In this document: in pieces, positions 15,605-35,916 of the stretch
How positions within the stretch are numbered: position 1 is the first letter of the stretch
Layout: each line of letters opens with the position of its first letter
Notes under the pieces: generated by a model
The model's database searches: none
The model's input: only the letters and a program-made list of their open reading frames with translations
What the model was told of the DNA's origin: nothing
Made by a program: the position numbers and the translations under genes
From: the human T2T-CHM13v2.0 reference genome, Homo sapiens
DNA: 64,000 nt
Strand: one strand, 5' to 3'
Assembly: GCF_009914755.1 (NCBI RefSeq)
Contig: NC_060937.1

Positions 15605-17355
15605 GATTTTAACCAGTCTTAAGTGTGCAGTTATTGACATTAAGTGCATTCATGTTGTTGTACAACCATCACCACCATCCATCTCCAGAACATTTTCATC
15701 ATCCCGAAGTGAAACTCTGTACCCAGTAAGCAATAAGCCCTCATTCCTCTCTACCCCAGCCTCTGGCAACCACCAAACTACCTTTTTTTTTTCTTTTTTT
15801 CTGACAGGGTCTCTCTGTCGCCCAGGTTGGAGTACAGTGGCATGATCATAGTTCACTGAAAGCTTGAACTCCCAGATTCGAGTGATCCAACCCACCTCAG
15901 CCTCCCCAGTAGCTGGGACTACGGGTATGTTCCACCACACCTGACTTTTCTTTTTAAAGTAGAGATGAGGTCTCACTATGTTGTCTAGCCTGGTCTTGAA
16001 CTCTTGGGCTGAAGCGATCCTCCCGCCTTATCCTTCCAAGATGTTGGGATTACAGGAATGAGCCACTGAGCCTGACTACCATTCTACTTTGTTTCTATGA
16101 ATTTTACTTATCTAGGTATCTCATATAAGTGGAATCATATATAAGGGAGGAACAATATTTTTCCTCCACCCTTCTAATTTCTTGGCTGGGGCTCTAGTAA
16201 CAAAAGACAGATTAACAAGAGAAAAACATACACATTTACTTAACATAAGTTTTATATGACACAGAAAAAATTGACTTTTCTGGAAGTAACTTGATATAAT
16301 TAGGAGCCTTTGTAAGGAAATAAAGACCTGAAGAAACAGTTAAACGTATGTCTTTGTATATTAGGTTTGTCAAAAGACTAAATTACAACAAATTAGGTTT
16401 TATATTAAGTTTATGAGAGGACTACAACAAATTTATAGATTTAATTGGCTTTTATTCATGATTCATGAATCTGGGCACCTTCCACTCTGCAAAACAGAGA
16501 GAGTTCCCACTGGGCAATAGCAGAACCACAGGTTTTATGAGGTAGCAACAAGGAAACAGAATAGAAAAACCTGAGTGGTTAACATCAAGCTACTTCAGTT
16601 ACTTTTTTGTAATGGTTAAAGCAGAGGGCACTTCCTTCTTCCACTGATTCAAGTAGACTGGAATCTCATGTTTTCAGGAAAAACTGGTCTGTTTGGGGAT
16701 CTGCTTCCTTAAAGTTTCAGTTTGATGACACAGCATTTAGCATAAGTAATTCCATTTTGGTTTGGTCTGATCTGTTGAAGGCTAGTGCAGGAGCTCAGCC
16801 CAAAAGAATGGCCTCCCATAATTTTTAACAGTTTGATAAAAAGTGGAGAGAAGCAGAAAATTGCGAGAGGACAAAAAGGGTTAGGAGCTAAGTGTAGTAA
16901 ACTGGGAGGAACAGCAGGACCTATCATTCAGATCCCTCTCAGCGTTATCTTAAGAGAGAAGGATGCTTCTTCCTCCAGGGACAGGGAGGGCACCTCTCAC
17001 CCAAGGGCCTTGTGACCTGCATCAGAGAAGAGGGTGAGAAGGTCAGAGTGTCCTTCCTATCATTTCTGAGATTCCTTCAGCTTCAAACATTCAATATGCT
17101 AAGGTGGCTATTTTGGAGATTATCAAGAAGCTGATCACATAAAATACTTGTTCTTTGGTGACTGGTTTATTTCACGTGGCATAATGTCTTCCATGTTCAT
17201 CCATGGTGTAGCATGTGTCAGAATTGCCTTTCTCTGTAAGCCTGAATAGTATTCTACTGCATATAGTGTATATATACCATATTTTGTTTATTCATTTGCA
17301 GATAGACTCTTGGCTTGCTTCCACCTTTTGGCTATTATGGATAATGCAATGGTAT
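15605..17355 (-). mobile_element. L1MB-like 3' end fragmented by an AluJ (15783-16075) and nested LTRs (16141-17135)
   Basis: GTACAACCATCACCACCATCCATCTCCAGAAC.., resumes CCATTCTACTTTGTTTCTATGAATTT..CATATAAGTGGAATCATA, resumes again TGGTGACTGGTTTATTTCACGTGGCATAATGTC. Confidence 0.8.
16368..16830 (-). mobile_element. ERV1 solo LTR (MER72-like) nested in another ERV1 LTR (MER67-like, 16141-16367 and 16831-17135)
   Basis: TG...CA termini; rc begins TGTTAAAAATTATGGGAGGCCATT..GAGCTCCTGCACTAG; GTT(T) on both flanks. Family names from memory. Confidence 0.6.
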
Positions 17356-17556
17356 ATTTTAACTACAGATCTTTTTACACCAAATAGACATAAACAATCA
17401 AAAGAATTTATCCTAGGCCCACAGAGAAGGCAGATGGGGTCCCTGATCGATTACAGGGGTTCTCTTTTTAAAATGACTTCTTCATAAACCTATGTGAGGG
17501 GAATACTGACAGTACCTACTTTTTATAGATGGAAATTCTATTTAAGAGCTCTCATG

Positions 17557-17850
<294 letters not shown>

Positions 17851-18060
17851 TTCTCATTACTTTCTCATATTACACAGAGGAGTTAAATATGACAATTAAC
17901 TGAAGAAAGACAAACTGCTAATCTCAAGCAGTTATTACAAACTGTCAAGTGAATATAGACAGCAATCTGCAGTTTGAAAATGCCAATCACTACAAATCAC
18001 AGGAAAAACATCTGTGCTTCAGTGGAAACACTACATTGTTTAGATCACACTCCTTCAGAC

Positions 18061-18345
18061 TTTTGAGATAGGATCTCCCTCCATCACCCAGACTGGAATG
18101 CAAGGGTATGATCCTGGCTCACAGCAACCTCCACTTCCCTGGCTCAAGGGATTCTCCCACCTCAGCCTCCTGAGTAGCTGGGACTACAGGTTCATGCCAT
18201 CATGCTCAGCTAATTTTTGGAAACTTTTTTGTAGAGAGAGGGTCTATGTTGCTCAGGCTGGTCTCGAAATCCTGGGGTCAAGTGATCTGTCTACCTCAAC
18301 CTCCCAAAGTGCTGGGATAACAGGCGTGAGCCACTGCACCCAGCC
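18061..18345 (-). mobile_element. AluJ-like
   Basis: GAGATAGGATCTCCCTCCATCACCCAG..GTGAGCCACTGCACCCAGCC. Confidence 0.9.
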
Positions 18346-19586
18346 CCTTTAAGGTTTTCTAGTCTAGCCTTTCACCTGTTTTATGGTATGTGAAGTTGAA
18401 AAGAACTGATAATGCAAATGATTCTTGTTTATAAACATGCAAATCAACCTGCCTTGGAAAGCCAATCCTTCTCCATGTGGCAAAGCCACTTATGCATCAA
18501 TTTCCAGTTTATTTCAATATTCTGAGTAATAGATGTGTCCGTCCCTTTGGGTTCCCTTTTGAACTGGTTGTAACATCTCACTGCTCACTTCATTAATAAA
18601 ATATTTAACATTTATATTTATATGAGTGATGGTTTTTCCTGTTTTTGAAAAGTTACCCTTTAACAAATATAACATGCACAGGTGAGTTAATGCCATGCTT
18701 CTCAAAGTATGGCCTGTGGAAGGAGCAGCCTGGTGCTCCCTCGCAGTATTTTTGACAGAAGTGCAGACCACTGGGCCCCACCTCAGGAGTGTGGAGTTGT
18801 AGCCGGATCCCTTTCACTGACACATTAAAGTTAGAGCCACCCTAGGTTAATACACATCACTGACCGGCCTCAAGGAATAGGAGTGCTGGGTCTATCAGTC
18901 TCTCCCAACCATTCCCTGGGCTTTGCCAAGTGCTTTCTGCCTGCCAAGCTCACTCTTGGATCAGATGGGGCCTCCCTGCCAGCAGTTCTACCTCATCCTC
19001 TCTGCACCTAAGTCAACTCCGGAGTTCACAGACCTCACTTCTGATCTCCACCGCCCCTCCTCCCCTTCCACGGTGACTCAAACCTTAAGGCAGTGAAAAT
19101 AAGGAGACTCACAAACTAGGAGACTACAGCTTCAGACCACACATTTTCCACTGAGCCAGTACCTGAGCAAAAACTAGTTTTCTGGAGTTGGGGGGATGAG
19201 GAAGATTCAATATTGAAAGTGTCCTTGGTGGCATTTCAAAGCTCAACATCATCTAACAAAAATTTTATTCCTTTTTCATTTCTGTTAGGGAATGTTTAGT
19301 TTTTCCTCTTTGATAATGAAAATTTGGTTAACAAACATTGCTTTGGACCAATCTTCCTTTTCACAAATCACTGAGGTGTGTCTATCCACAAGTTCTCAGT
19401 TCAGCCTACATTTTCCAGTCTTCCATTTACCTATTCAACTAATACCTGAGTGCCTGGCATGTGTCGGCCCTGTGAACATGCTGGTGACAGTGTGAGCAGG
19501 CAGGGCTGGTTCCTGTCCTCATGAAGCTTATACTACCTGAGGCTGGGGTGTAGAAATTGACACATTTAAAAAGCCACTGAGACTTT

Positions 19587-19591
19587 AAAAA

Positions 19592-19628
<37 letters not shown>
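19587..19628. repeat. A-run plus (TA)n microsatellite
   Basis: Direct reading. Confidence 0.95.
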
Positions 19629-19632
<4 letters not shown>

Positions 19633-20882
19633 ACAAAGATGCTGAGCTGGAGCTTTGGAAAATGAAGAAAAAGTAATACAAATTTAAAATGTGACATCGA
19701 GGAATGAAGATCATCACTTACCATATCCTATGTTTAAAAAATCTAATGTCCATAGGAAGTTGTCTGGGAGGTGGGCAGGGTTTCATACTGTAATGAGTAT
19801 TTAGAAAGTTTAGAAAAGTTCTAATGGTTCTTAATTTAAGAATTATAAGAGGTAGATTCAGGTAGAGAGAGATTCCCATGATATTCACTGCTGAGTGGAG
19901 AAGGAGATCCATCCCCCTCCACTCACAAACATCCTCTTGGTGTTTTTACTCGACAGTCCTTCATTTAGCTGATCCATCTGTATTTATATTTGTTCTCTTC
20001 CGGATCTTGTTTCATAGTCAATATCAAGTGTTTTTGTGTAAACTGCCTGGTGTTGACAGACCAGGCTCGAAGGTAGGCACCATTCACACAGCATTGCATT
20101 TAATCTTCACAAGACCCCTGCAAGGTGGGTCTCAGCCTCCCCTGATACAGGTGAAGCAGGAGGCTCAGGGCTGCTACAACTTGCCCCCAGTCCCAGAGCT
20201 GGTACACAGCAACCCAGATTGACGGATTCCAATACCCATCCATGCTGCCTTGCCTAACCATGTTGTTGGTGCCAAAATTGTTTAAATTAACCCGAGTTTA
20301 TCTAAAATTAACTCAAAGTTAACATACGCTATTTGGAAGTAGTGGTGGCAATGACTTATCAGAGAACTTTTAAGAGAAACAGCTGTGGCAAACGAGCCTG
20401 ACTCACACTGAAATTATCTGTAATCAAGTTGCCAACTGACAACTGATTAGTGAATGAAGCTGAGCGCCAGGACTCATGACAGCTGTTTCATAAACACGCC
20501 CTCATTCCTCCTTTTGGCCGACTACTAAAGGGTTTAGGTGTCATGCAGCATTTAGATGTTATGCAGAATGAGCAACAAGCAAAATGTAGGTGCAATCAGA
20601 TAAGAGTGGAGAATTACCAGTATCTTTACAATCACCTGTTGGGCATTTCTGTTGATAATCACCAATTCAGAACAGCAAGGACTGAGAAGCCACAAGATTC
20701 CCTTAAAAGGCCTCATCCACTTGCATACTTTTGTTTTCAGGAAACAAAAATTATGTTATGTGGGCTCACAGTCAATAGATTTTTGTTCTGATTTGTATTT
20801 CCATGATACATAATTAAGTTTTGTGGTTTGAGGTTGAAAGAATTCTGAATGTGTATGCTAACACTGATTCACATTAAAGCTA

Positions 20883-21197
<315 letters not shown>

Positions 21198-21327
21198 CTA
21201 TATATTAAGTAGATGATTGAATATTTTAACCAAGGGTGTAAATTATTAACGAGGATATTTAAAAAGCAATGAATTGAAATTGCTGACATTTTTAAGAGAG
21301 CTGTTTCTTTCCCTAAAGTTTTAATAT

Positions 21328-21331
<4 letters not shown>

Positions 21332-21375
<44 letters not shown>
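21332..21375. repeat. (AC)n microsatellite, ~22 units
   Basis: Direct reading. Confidence 0.97.
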
Positions 21376-21380
<5 letters not shown>

Positions 21381-22329
21381 TTAGGTGGTGCCAATAAAAA
21401 GGAAACAAAAATAAAATGGAGAAATGGAGGTAATGATGACCCCAAGCTAAAGGAAGAGGAGGAGGGGGGTAGATATATGTTATTTTCGTTCTTTCCTATT
21501 TCACTCTTCACTGGAAAAGCACTTGAGTTACAGTTTGTGATTCTGTTAGTCCTTCAATATGGTAAAACAAACAGGTTTATCTCATGTGCAAATAATCAAT
21601 GAGGAGTGGTTGCCTCCAAGAGCCTGGGTAATGTTGACCTTAGTGGGAAGGATCTGAATCAGCTGCCAGGGCCACACACGTGCTGTGTGTTTGTTGATCC
21701 CGCCTTATGTCAACCAGTCAACATCAAAAACTATCAGGGCATTGCTAGACAACCGCTTCTTCAGTCTTCACTAGTCAATTATTGTGATTAGGATATTTTC
21801 TTTTCCTAAACGGAACTTGATAGATGGATAGAATGGATTCTACATCGCATTTTTTTCCCCTCTATCAGGCACAGATGCCGTTGAGTATATCGTCTCCTCC
21901 TTCTGTGCAGGGAGCCCGCCCTATGTAAGGTTAACAGGAAGGACACAAAGGTATGCAGTGTAGAAAAAAATAGAAATAAGGACCCAGGCATAACTCTGAA
22001 GGAGCTTCTAACCATGTTGTGCAGATGAGGAAGACTCAATAATTAGTAAGTTATCCAAAGAAATTAGGGCTTTTTACTAGCAGAACAGTAAAAATTCTAA
22101 GTTTGATAACACACTGAGTTCAGAAGGCTGTGGGAAAGAGGTATTCACTCATATTGCTGCTAGAAGTATAAACTGGTATAACCCGTCTAGAGGAGAGTGA
22201 TTTAACAATTATCAAAACTAACTACCTAGTCCACATCTAGACATTTATTTTGCAGATATACTTGCCCAAATGCAAAATGTCAGATACACATTGTTTCTTG
22301 CAGCTTTGCTTATAATTGTAAAAATAGCT

Positions 22330-23090
<761 letters not shown>

Positions 23091-23992
23091 AGCAAATGTC
23101 TGGAAACAAACTGGATGTCCATCAGCAGTGGACTGATTCAATAAATTATGATAAATTCATACAACAGAATACAGTTGTTTAAAATATGAGAAAATGTATT
23201 ATGTACTAAACAGAAAACTCACCAAAATATAATGTTAGGTGAAAAAACAAAGTACAGAACAGACACAGGAATGCAGTATACATAATTTGCTTGTATATAT
23301 GAGGATTAAACTATCTCTGGAATGATATACCAGAAATTAATCATGGTGGTTACCTGTAGGACAGGAAGAGGGTGCTGGCATTGCAAGAATGAGACTTTTC
23401 ACTAACACTCTTTCATAATTTTTTATCTTAGAAACTTGTAACTATATTACTTATCCAAAAAGTAAAATAATAAAGTCTAGAAAGAGTAAAAAGAAAACAA
23501 AGTGTAAAAAAAGTTATAGATGGGGGATAAGTTCCCATTGTAAGACTCTTTATGCTAGAGCTGTACAGTTTTTAAAAATGAGAAGTATGTATATGTTACC
23601 AGGAATGCCAGGATATATGATCAAGTGACTGAAAACTATGAGCAAAATAAAAAACAGAAAAAAGAAACAAACCCACAAGTGCTTCAGGTATTAGAATTAT
23701 CAGACATGAACTTTAAAGTCATTGGTAATATTATCAAACCTAGGTTTAAATAACTAGTAGTTTTTTTTTTTTTATCTTGGTGCTAGTTACAGAGGTTTAT
23801 TTACATTGTGATAATTCATCCACCTGTACCTTTAAGATGGCACACTTTCTCTCAGGTATATTATACTTCAATAATATTTTACAAAAGTAGAAAACTTGTG
23901 GGATGTGACTAAATCTGGGGTGGGGGGAATCTATAATCGTAAACACATGTATTTGAAAACAAAACAAAAAAAGTACTGAAAAACTGATATGA

Positions 23993-24102
23993 TAGGTGTG
24001 GTGGCTCACATGTATAATCCCAACATTTTGGAAGGCCAAAGCAGGAGGTTTGCTTGAGGCCAGAACTTCAATACCAGCCCAGGCAACATAGTAAGACCTG
24101 TC

Positions 24103-24160
<58 letters not shown>

Positions 24161-24330
24161 TGGGCATGGTGACACACACCTGTGGTCCCAGCTACTTGGA
24201 AGGCTGAGGAGGGAGGATTGGATCACTTGAGCTCAGTCATTTAAGGCTGCTAATGAGCTATGATTCATCACTGCACTATAGCCTGAGTGACACAGTAAGA
24301 CCCTGTCTCAAAAAAAAGAAAAAGAAAAAA
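23993..24330 (+). mobile_element. AluJ-like with expanded central A-linker (~48 A at 24108-24155)
   Basis: Left arm, pure A-run, right arm TTAATTGGGCATGGTGACAC.. Confidence 0.9.
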
Positions 24331-25074
24331 CTCCAATGATCTATGCATCCATCTCAAAAATCCCAGCAAATTAAGCTGAATGAAATTAAAATGATGGAAA
24401 TAATAAGGATAAAAGCTGAAATCAATGAAAAAAAAACCAAAGACATAATAGAGAAAATATAAAAAGCCAAAGCTGTTTCTTTGAAAACAGTATTCCAGTT
24501 GCTAATCTCTGTGGCAGCCAGCCTCCAAAATGGCCGCCGGTGATTTTCGCTTCTGCTATCCATGCCTTGTGCAGTTCTCTCTCATATTAAATATGGCTGA
24601 CCTGTGTTATCAGAAAGCTAGTTCAAATTTTCTAGGCTAGATTATAAAACACATGGCAGCTTCCACCTTTTTCACCCTGGGTGAAAGTAGCTACCATACT
24701 GCAAGGACATTCAAGCAACCCTACAGAGCTTAATGCATTACATTACAGAGGTCTTCTGCTAACAGACAGCATTAACTTGCTAGCCATGTTAAGTGAGCCG
24801 TCTTGAAATTGGATGCCCTAGCCTCAGTCAAGCCTTTGGATGACTGCAGGCCTAATCAACATATTGACCAAGACAGAACAACCTAGCTAAAGCATTTCTC
24901 AAATCAGGACCCACAGAAGCTCTATATTAGTTTGCTATTGTTGTATAACAAATGAACATCTCAGGAAATATACATATATTGTCTAGTATATTTTCTCTTA
25001 TACAGTTTCTGTGGGTCAGGATTTCATTTAAGAAAATACATGTTTATTCTTTTTTAAGTGGTTTTTTTACTTCC

Positions 25075-25545
25075 TTTTCTTTAAATTTATTTTTTATTTC
25101 AATAGGTTTTTGGGGAACCGATGGTGTTTGGTTACATGAATAACTTCTTTAGTGATGATTTCTGAGATTTTAGTGCACCCATCACTCGAGCAGGGTACAC
25201 TGTATCCAATGTTTAGTCTTTTCTCCCTCATCCCCCTCCCACCCTTTCCCCTGGGTCCCCAGAGTCAATTGTATCATTCTTATGCCTTTGCATCTTCATA
25301 GCTTTGCTCCCACCTATAAGTGAGAACATATGATATTTGGTTTTCCATTCCTGAGTTACTTCACATAGAACTAGTCTCCAATTCCATCCAGATTGCTGCA
25401 AATGCCATTATTTTGTTCCTTTTTATGGCTGAGTAGTATTCCATGCTACATATATACCACATTTTCTTTATCCATTCGTTCACTAATGGGCATTTGAACT
25501 GATTCCATATTTTTTCAGTTGCAGATTGTGCTGCTATAAACATAT
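25075..25545 (-). mobile_element. L1PB-like 3' end
   Basis: TTTCAATAGGTTTTTGGGGAAC..GGTTACATGAATAA..CTCCCACCTATAAGTGAGAACAT. Confidence 0.88.
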
Positions 25546-25552
25546 GAGAAAA

Positions 25553-25904
<352 letters not shown>

Positions 25905-26222
25905 TCAACTGGGTTCACTGCATAGGGTTTCACAAGGTTGCAGGCAAGGCGTCAGCTGAGCTAGGTTCAAGCTCATTGAGGTTGTTGACAAAATTCATTT
26001 CCTTATGTCTGTATGATTGTGTAGCTATGTTTTTTATTGGGTATTGGCTGGAGGCCACCCTCAGGTCCTAGACACCACCTGCTGTTGGGCTTCCTCAATA
26101 TGGTCACACACTTCATCAAATCAGCAAGGAGAATCTTGTGTGCATGCCAGCAATATGTCTATCTCATATCCTAATGTATGTCTCTCTCCTCCTCCTCTCC
26201 TCTTCTCTCTCCTTTCTTCTGT

Positions 26223-26223
<1 letters not shown>

Positions 26224-26259
<36 letters not shown>
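26224..26259. repeat. (CA)n microsatellite
   Basis: Direct reading. Confidence 0.96.
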
Positions 26260-26262
<3 letters not shown>

Positions 26263-26696
26263 CACAGGAGTAACAACCCATCACATTTGCAATATTATGT
26301 CAGTTAGAAACAAGTCACAGATCCTACTCACACTCACTCGATTTCATCCAAAAGTTTGGGCAGTGATCCCATCCACACTAAAAAAGGAAGAGATCATACA
26401 GAGTATAACACCAGGACATCGAGATCATGGGAAACATCTTAGAAGTCTGCCTATCACAGATAATAAATACTTGTTGTTGTTTGAAGACATTAAGTTTCAG
26501 GTAATTTCTTATGCAGCAATAGATAACTAATTAGTAAGAGTTGTGCCTAACTAATCAGGCACAAGTTAGAATATAAGGAGTGAAGAGTTATCACTATAGA
26601 TCCTACAGATACTAAAAAGATAAGAGTTTGTTTTACTATAAGCAAGCCTATCACAATAAGACAATTTAGATTAAAAGGCTGGTAAGTTTTATGCTT

Positions 26697-29976
<3,280 letters not shown>

Positions 29977-31500
29977 CTAGAGAGGAGTAATACACTCAAC
30001 TAGCAATGCTAGTTTCAATTTAGGGTGAATTAGTTCAGTAGAGAACCGAAGTACATGCACTAGCCTGAATATGTTAATTTAAATTAAAAAAAAACAAAAA
30101 CTTAAAAAAAAATTAGAGATGGGGTCTCGACATGTTGCCCGGGCTGAATCCAAACTCCTAGGCTTAAGCAGTCCTCCTGCCTCAGCTTCCCAAGTAGCTG
30201 AATAAGCTAATTAACTTGTTTTGTTTCTCTCAGGGAGTGCACAATAGGTGGAGGGAGGAGGCAGGAGTGTTGGGATGAGAGCACCTTCCCAAGAAAAGGC
30301 CTGGAAGAGTTTATACCAACCAGGAAAGGCCTGGGGCACAGCAAAAGGAACTGGCCTTTACCTCTGGGAGAAAGGAATGCCTCCTCCCTTCCTCCAGCCT
30401 CCCTTAAGAAAAATACCCAGGAATACCCCCAGCCCTGTGAGCACAGAGCACTGGTGTGAGTTGTTTACTTGTTAATGAGTTTGCACCACTGTCTGCATGT
30501 AATGAGTCATTCAGGTCATTCTGGGATGATGTTAGCATGCACAAACCCCTCCTTTAATCTGGTTGGCTAGTTCAGAATAGACAAGTTTTAACACTGCTTC
30601 CTTCTCCCATCAAGAAGTAAAGCCCAGGTTCTGAGGAACAGACTCCATCTGCAGACCATGTTTGGTGAACCTGAGCTTTGGGAAAGACACGGCTTCAAGC
30701 CTCAAGTCGTTTTGCCCCTTCCTGTGGCTGACAGCATCAGAGGTCAGGATCACAATGAATTTTACCATTTTGATGGGGATTTTAAAACGTGACTGTTTAA
30801 AAAACGCTTCTTTGAAAATTTTTTTAATCTTGATTTATATAAGCATTTATTTCTTGATAAGATTTGAATTATAACCTAATTGATAGACTTAATATTCTTC
30901 GGGGCTAAGACTACATGAGAAAAAAATGTTATACAGATTTTTTAAATGATTCCTGGGCTTAAGGAAAAAATTACTTTTAAATCCTTACCAGTCTCCCAGA
31001 TAATTAGTGAGCAGGTGTTGCCTGGGAGTGTAAAGATTTTTAGGTCTTATGACCTCGTGGCCGCTTGGTCCAAAAAATAAGATTACTTGCCTCTTTCCTT
31101 ATTCTTACCGGATAGAATGAGACTCGTTTAAAACATCTCGTTTAGGTTAGAAAAGAAAATGGGAGACCATATTTGTAATTGACCTAACATTTATAAGTAC
31201 CTGATTTAAATGAACTTTACTCAAAGCACACTCCACAAAAGGCACTTCAAATTTCACTGGAGCACAGCCTTTTGTGTTGTAGAATAATGTAGAATAAAAT
31301 GGCTTTCTTTTTTAACACCACCACAACACTCAAGGAAATGAAAGTAGGTAAGGCATCTATCTGTGAACAGCAGTGCTATCCATTCCATGAATGTATAGGG
31401 TTTACTCCATGTTAGGCACTAGGGACAGGATGGCAAACAGGGCAGACAGGTCCCCTGACCTCTTCCACCACCCTACAGTCGAGTGAAGAAAGTAGATTTT

Positions 31501-31665
31501 TTAAAAATTATTATTATACTTTAAGTTTTAGGGTAAACGTGCACAATGTGCAGATTAGTTACATATGTATACATGTGCCATGCTGGTGTGCTGCACCCAT
31601 TAACTCGTCATTTAGCATTAGGTATATCTCCTAATGCTGTCCCTCCCCCCTCCCCCTACCCCACA
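31501..31665 (-). mobile_element. Young L1PA (PA2/3-like) terminal ~160 bp
   Basis: TTATTATACTTTAAGTTTTAGGGTA..GTGTGCTGCACCCATTAACTCGTCATTTAGCATTAGG. Confidence 0.93.
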
Positions 31666-31934
31666 TTGCTCTTGTCTCCCAGGCTGGAGAACAGTGGTGC
31701 TATCTCGGCTCACTGCAACCTCCGCCTCCTGGGTTCAAGCAATTCTCCTGCCTCAGCCACGTGAGTAGCTAGGATTACAGGTGTGCAACATGACACCTGG
31801 CTAATTTTGTATTTTTAGTAGAGATGGGGTTTTGCCAGTTGACCAGACTGGTCTCGAACCCCTGACCTCAGGTGATCCTCCCGCCTTGGCCTCCCAAAAT
31901 GCTGGGATTACAGGCGTGAGCCACCATGTCCAGC
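31666..31934 (-). mobile_element. AluS(q/p)-like lacking its 3' end and tail, fused to the L1 piece
   Basis: TTGCTCTTGTCTCCCAGGCTGGAG..GTGAGCCACCATGTCCAGC. Confidence 0.92.
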
Positions 31935-31944
31935 TAGATTTTAA

Positions 31945-32600
31945 ATATTAACAAAATAATTACAAGTTCTGATTATTACTATTAAGAGAAAAGCACAGAG
32001 ATAAAATAACATCAGAGAGGGGGCACCACCACTTTAGGAAGCCAGGTAAGGGCTGGAGGAGGTGAAATTTAGGCAAAGATTAAAGGACATTAGGAGTCAG
32101 ACCTGCCATAGCAGGAGGGAATAGCATCCCTGGCAGAGAGGAAAGCTTGTTCAGAGCCACAGTCCTGAAAGAAGCTTGTTTGAGGGACTACAAGAAGACC
32201 AATGTGCTTGAAGCATAATACATCTAAGATCAGATGTGTGATGAGTTTGAAGAGGCAGTTAGATCACCGTAAGAACTTTGGAGGGCTTTTGGCAGGAGAG
32301 TGACATGATCTGATCTGATGTATATTTTGAAAGGTCACTCCAGCTTCCAGGTAGCAGTGGAAGAAGACATGCAAAAATCACAATCATAACTTACACGGCG
32401 TGGTAGCTTGGAGTACGGAGGAAGAGGAAGAACATTTGGGGCATATTTTGGAAGTGGAATAAACAGCAGATCTGCTGGTGGATGGAGAAGGGTGGGGTGA
32501 GGGTTGGTAATGAGGAGCCAAGGATGACTCTTTTTCAGGTTGGAGTAACTGGGAAGGCTTGGAAGACTAGTGGAGAAACAGGTTTGGAGAGAGAAGTCTC
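31945..32600 (-). mobile_element. L2 (host of the Alu/L1 insertion; also 31380-31500)
   Basis: GGGAATAGCATCCCTGGCAGAG..GGCAGGAGAGTGACATGATCTGA..GGTCACTCCAGCT. Confidence 0.75.
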
Positions 32601-32684
32601 AGTCCCTTAGTCATTCACCTCAGTTTCTTAGTCACTGGAATACCTTCGATCTCTTATCTACCACTTCTTTAAAAACATGCGTAA

Positions 32685-33164
<480 letters not shown>

Positions 33165-34262
33165 CTAAACTAACCCCAGATTTTATATATATATATATAT
33201 AAAAAACAAGAGCTTACAGAACAGGCAGCACCAAGTGGGAGCTGGGGGGCTTGTCTTGATGTTGCATTTGATAAATATACACCGTTTTTACTCAGATTAT
33301 ATTTTTGCTTAGATTTGGGCTAAAGATCCCCAAAGCTGCCCCTTGGTATTGACACTCATTAAGAAATTAAGGAAGAGATAGTACTATTGAACTATTTTCC
33401 AAAAAAAGAAAAAAAAAAAGACAAAAACCCAAAACAAATGGGATGTGATGTACATTTTCCATGTTATTTTATACATGAGCTATCTTTCCAATACTGAAGT
33501 TGGTTTAGCAAGAAAAGAATTAAAGACTTCAAAGTGCAAGCCAAGAGCCAAAACCACTCTCAACAGCCCAAGGTTGTGAACGTATTTAATTTTCCCTTTC
33601 CCTGGGAAGTCATTTCTTGGATCATTGACTTACTATTATTCTGTAAAACAGTGGTAGCCCCTGCCTTCCTCTGCTTGCTGCCAAGAGTATGATCCAGCAG
33701 TGGGGTCTGAAGAGTTTATGTTTATTGGATTTTAATGACTTAGTTAACAAAGGTCATTCCTAAAAGTAATAGAAAACTAAGGGTGTGGAAACAGAACGGA
33801 AAAGACTGACTCGAGGGTTATTTCTAGTAGTTCCTTGGTGTTGTCCTTAGATACATGTTTAATCCTTAAAAGCAATTATGAAGGAGTCTTCCTCATAACC
33901 AATTTACTGATGCTATATTCAACTATACTTGTAAAATGTTATTTTAGACCTCTCAGTAACAAAAGGAACAGGGCTTAAAATATGTTAGATAATATTGCCA
34001 TAAACAATGTACAGTTAACATAATATTGCTGACAGTATAATTGTAATTCACTGTAATACTTGAATGCCACAACTGTAGTGCTTCCATTATCGCTGACAGT
34101 AGGAAATAACTTCAGTCTCAGGTGAAATCTGGTTGGATACAAATCTCCAAGTTAAAAGAAACCTCAAAGACCATTTAATCTTGTCCTTTTAAATATTTAG
34201 TAACTCATTTGGTAGTAAATATTTATCCAAATTATGTTTCTTAGACTGTAAAAGAATTTCCA

Positions 34263-34905
<643 letters not shown>

Positions 34906-35570
34906 AACCTTGAGCTAAATGGTGATTGAATTATTTAAAATTAAATTGATGAGATCATTTAAGAATATGTGGAAAGAAAGAAATTTACAGTCATTCCTCA
35001 GGTATAAATTAAATATTTTCCACCTCAAAAATCCAATGACATGAGATATAAATGTATAGTTCACATATGTAATACATTTCTCACATGGTTACAGAACCTT
35101 TCTGATCTGGCTCCGGTTGACTTTTCCAGCCTTATCTCATTTCTCCTCCCTCCTTCCAACCCTGTTTTTTCCTCCTCTCCTTAGCTACAGCCTTACTAAT
35201 CTTCCTACTGTGAGACTCAAACCCACGCTGCTCTCAGGTCTCAGGGCCTATGTACCAGTAATTCCCACTGCCTGGAATCCCTTGCCCTCATTCTTTGTTG
35301 GGTCATTCTGCAGACCCAGTACTACTTCCTCTTGGGAGCCTTTGTCCATCTCCTCTTCCCCCAATCTCCGAACCCCACCAAGACGTCAGTAGTTCTTGAG
35401 CAACCCTCTGCTTAATTTTCCTGGGATGACCAAAACTAACACTGTCTGATCCGTTGTTCAATCCCCAATCCCTAGAACAGAGCTGCAACATAACAGGAAC
35501 TATAAATGAATGAATGGATAAAGACAGCACTGAAGAACTTGAAATTATAGTTTACACATGTAAACAGTAA

Positions 35571-35916
<346 letters not shown>

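Noticed and set aside
30580-30760. Non-repeat segment ending in ACAATG, resembling an H/ACA snoRNA
   Set aside because: No convincing two-hairpin layout or correctly placed H box, and no match to a snoRNA I recognise; an Infernal/Rfam search would settle it
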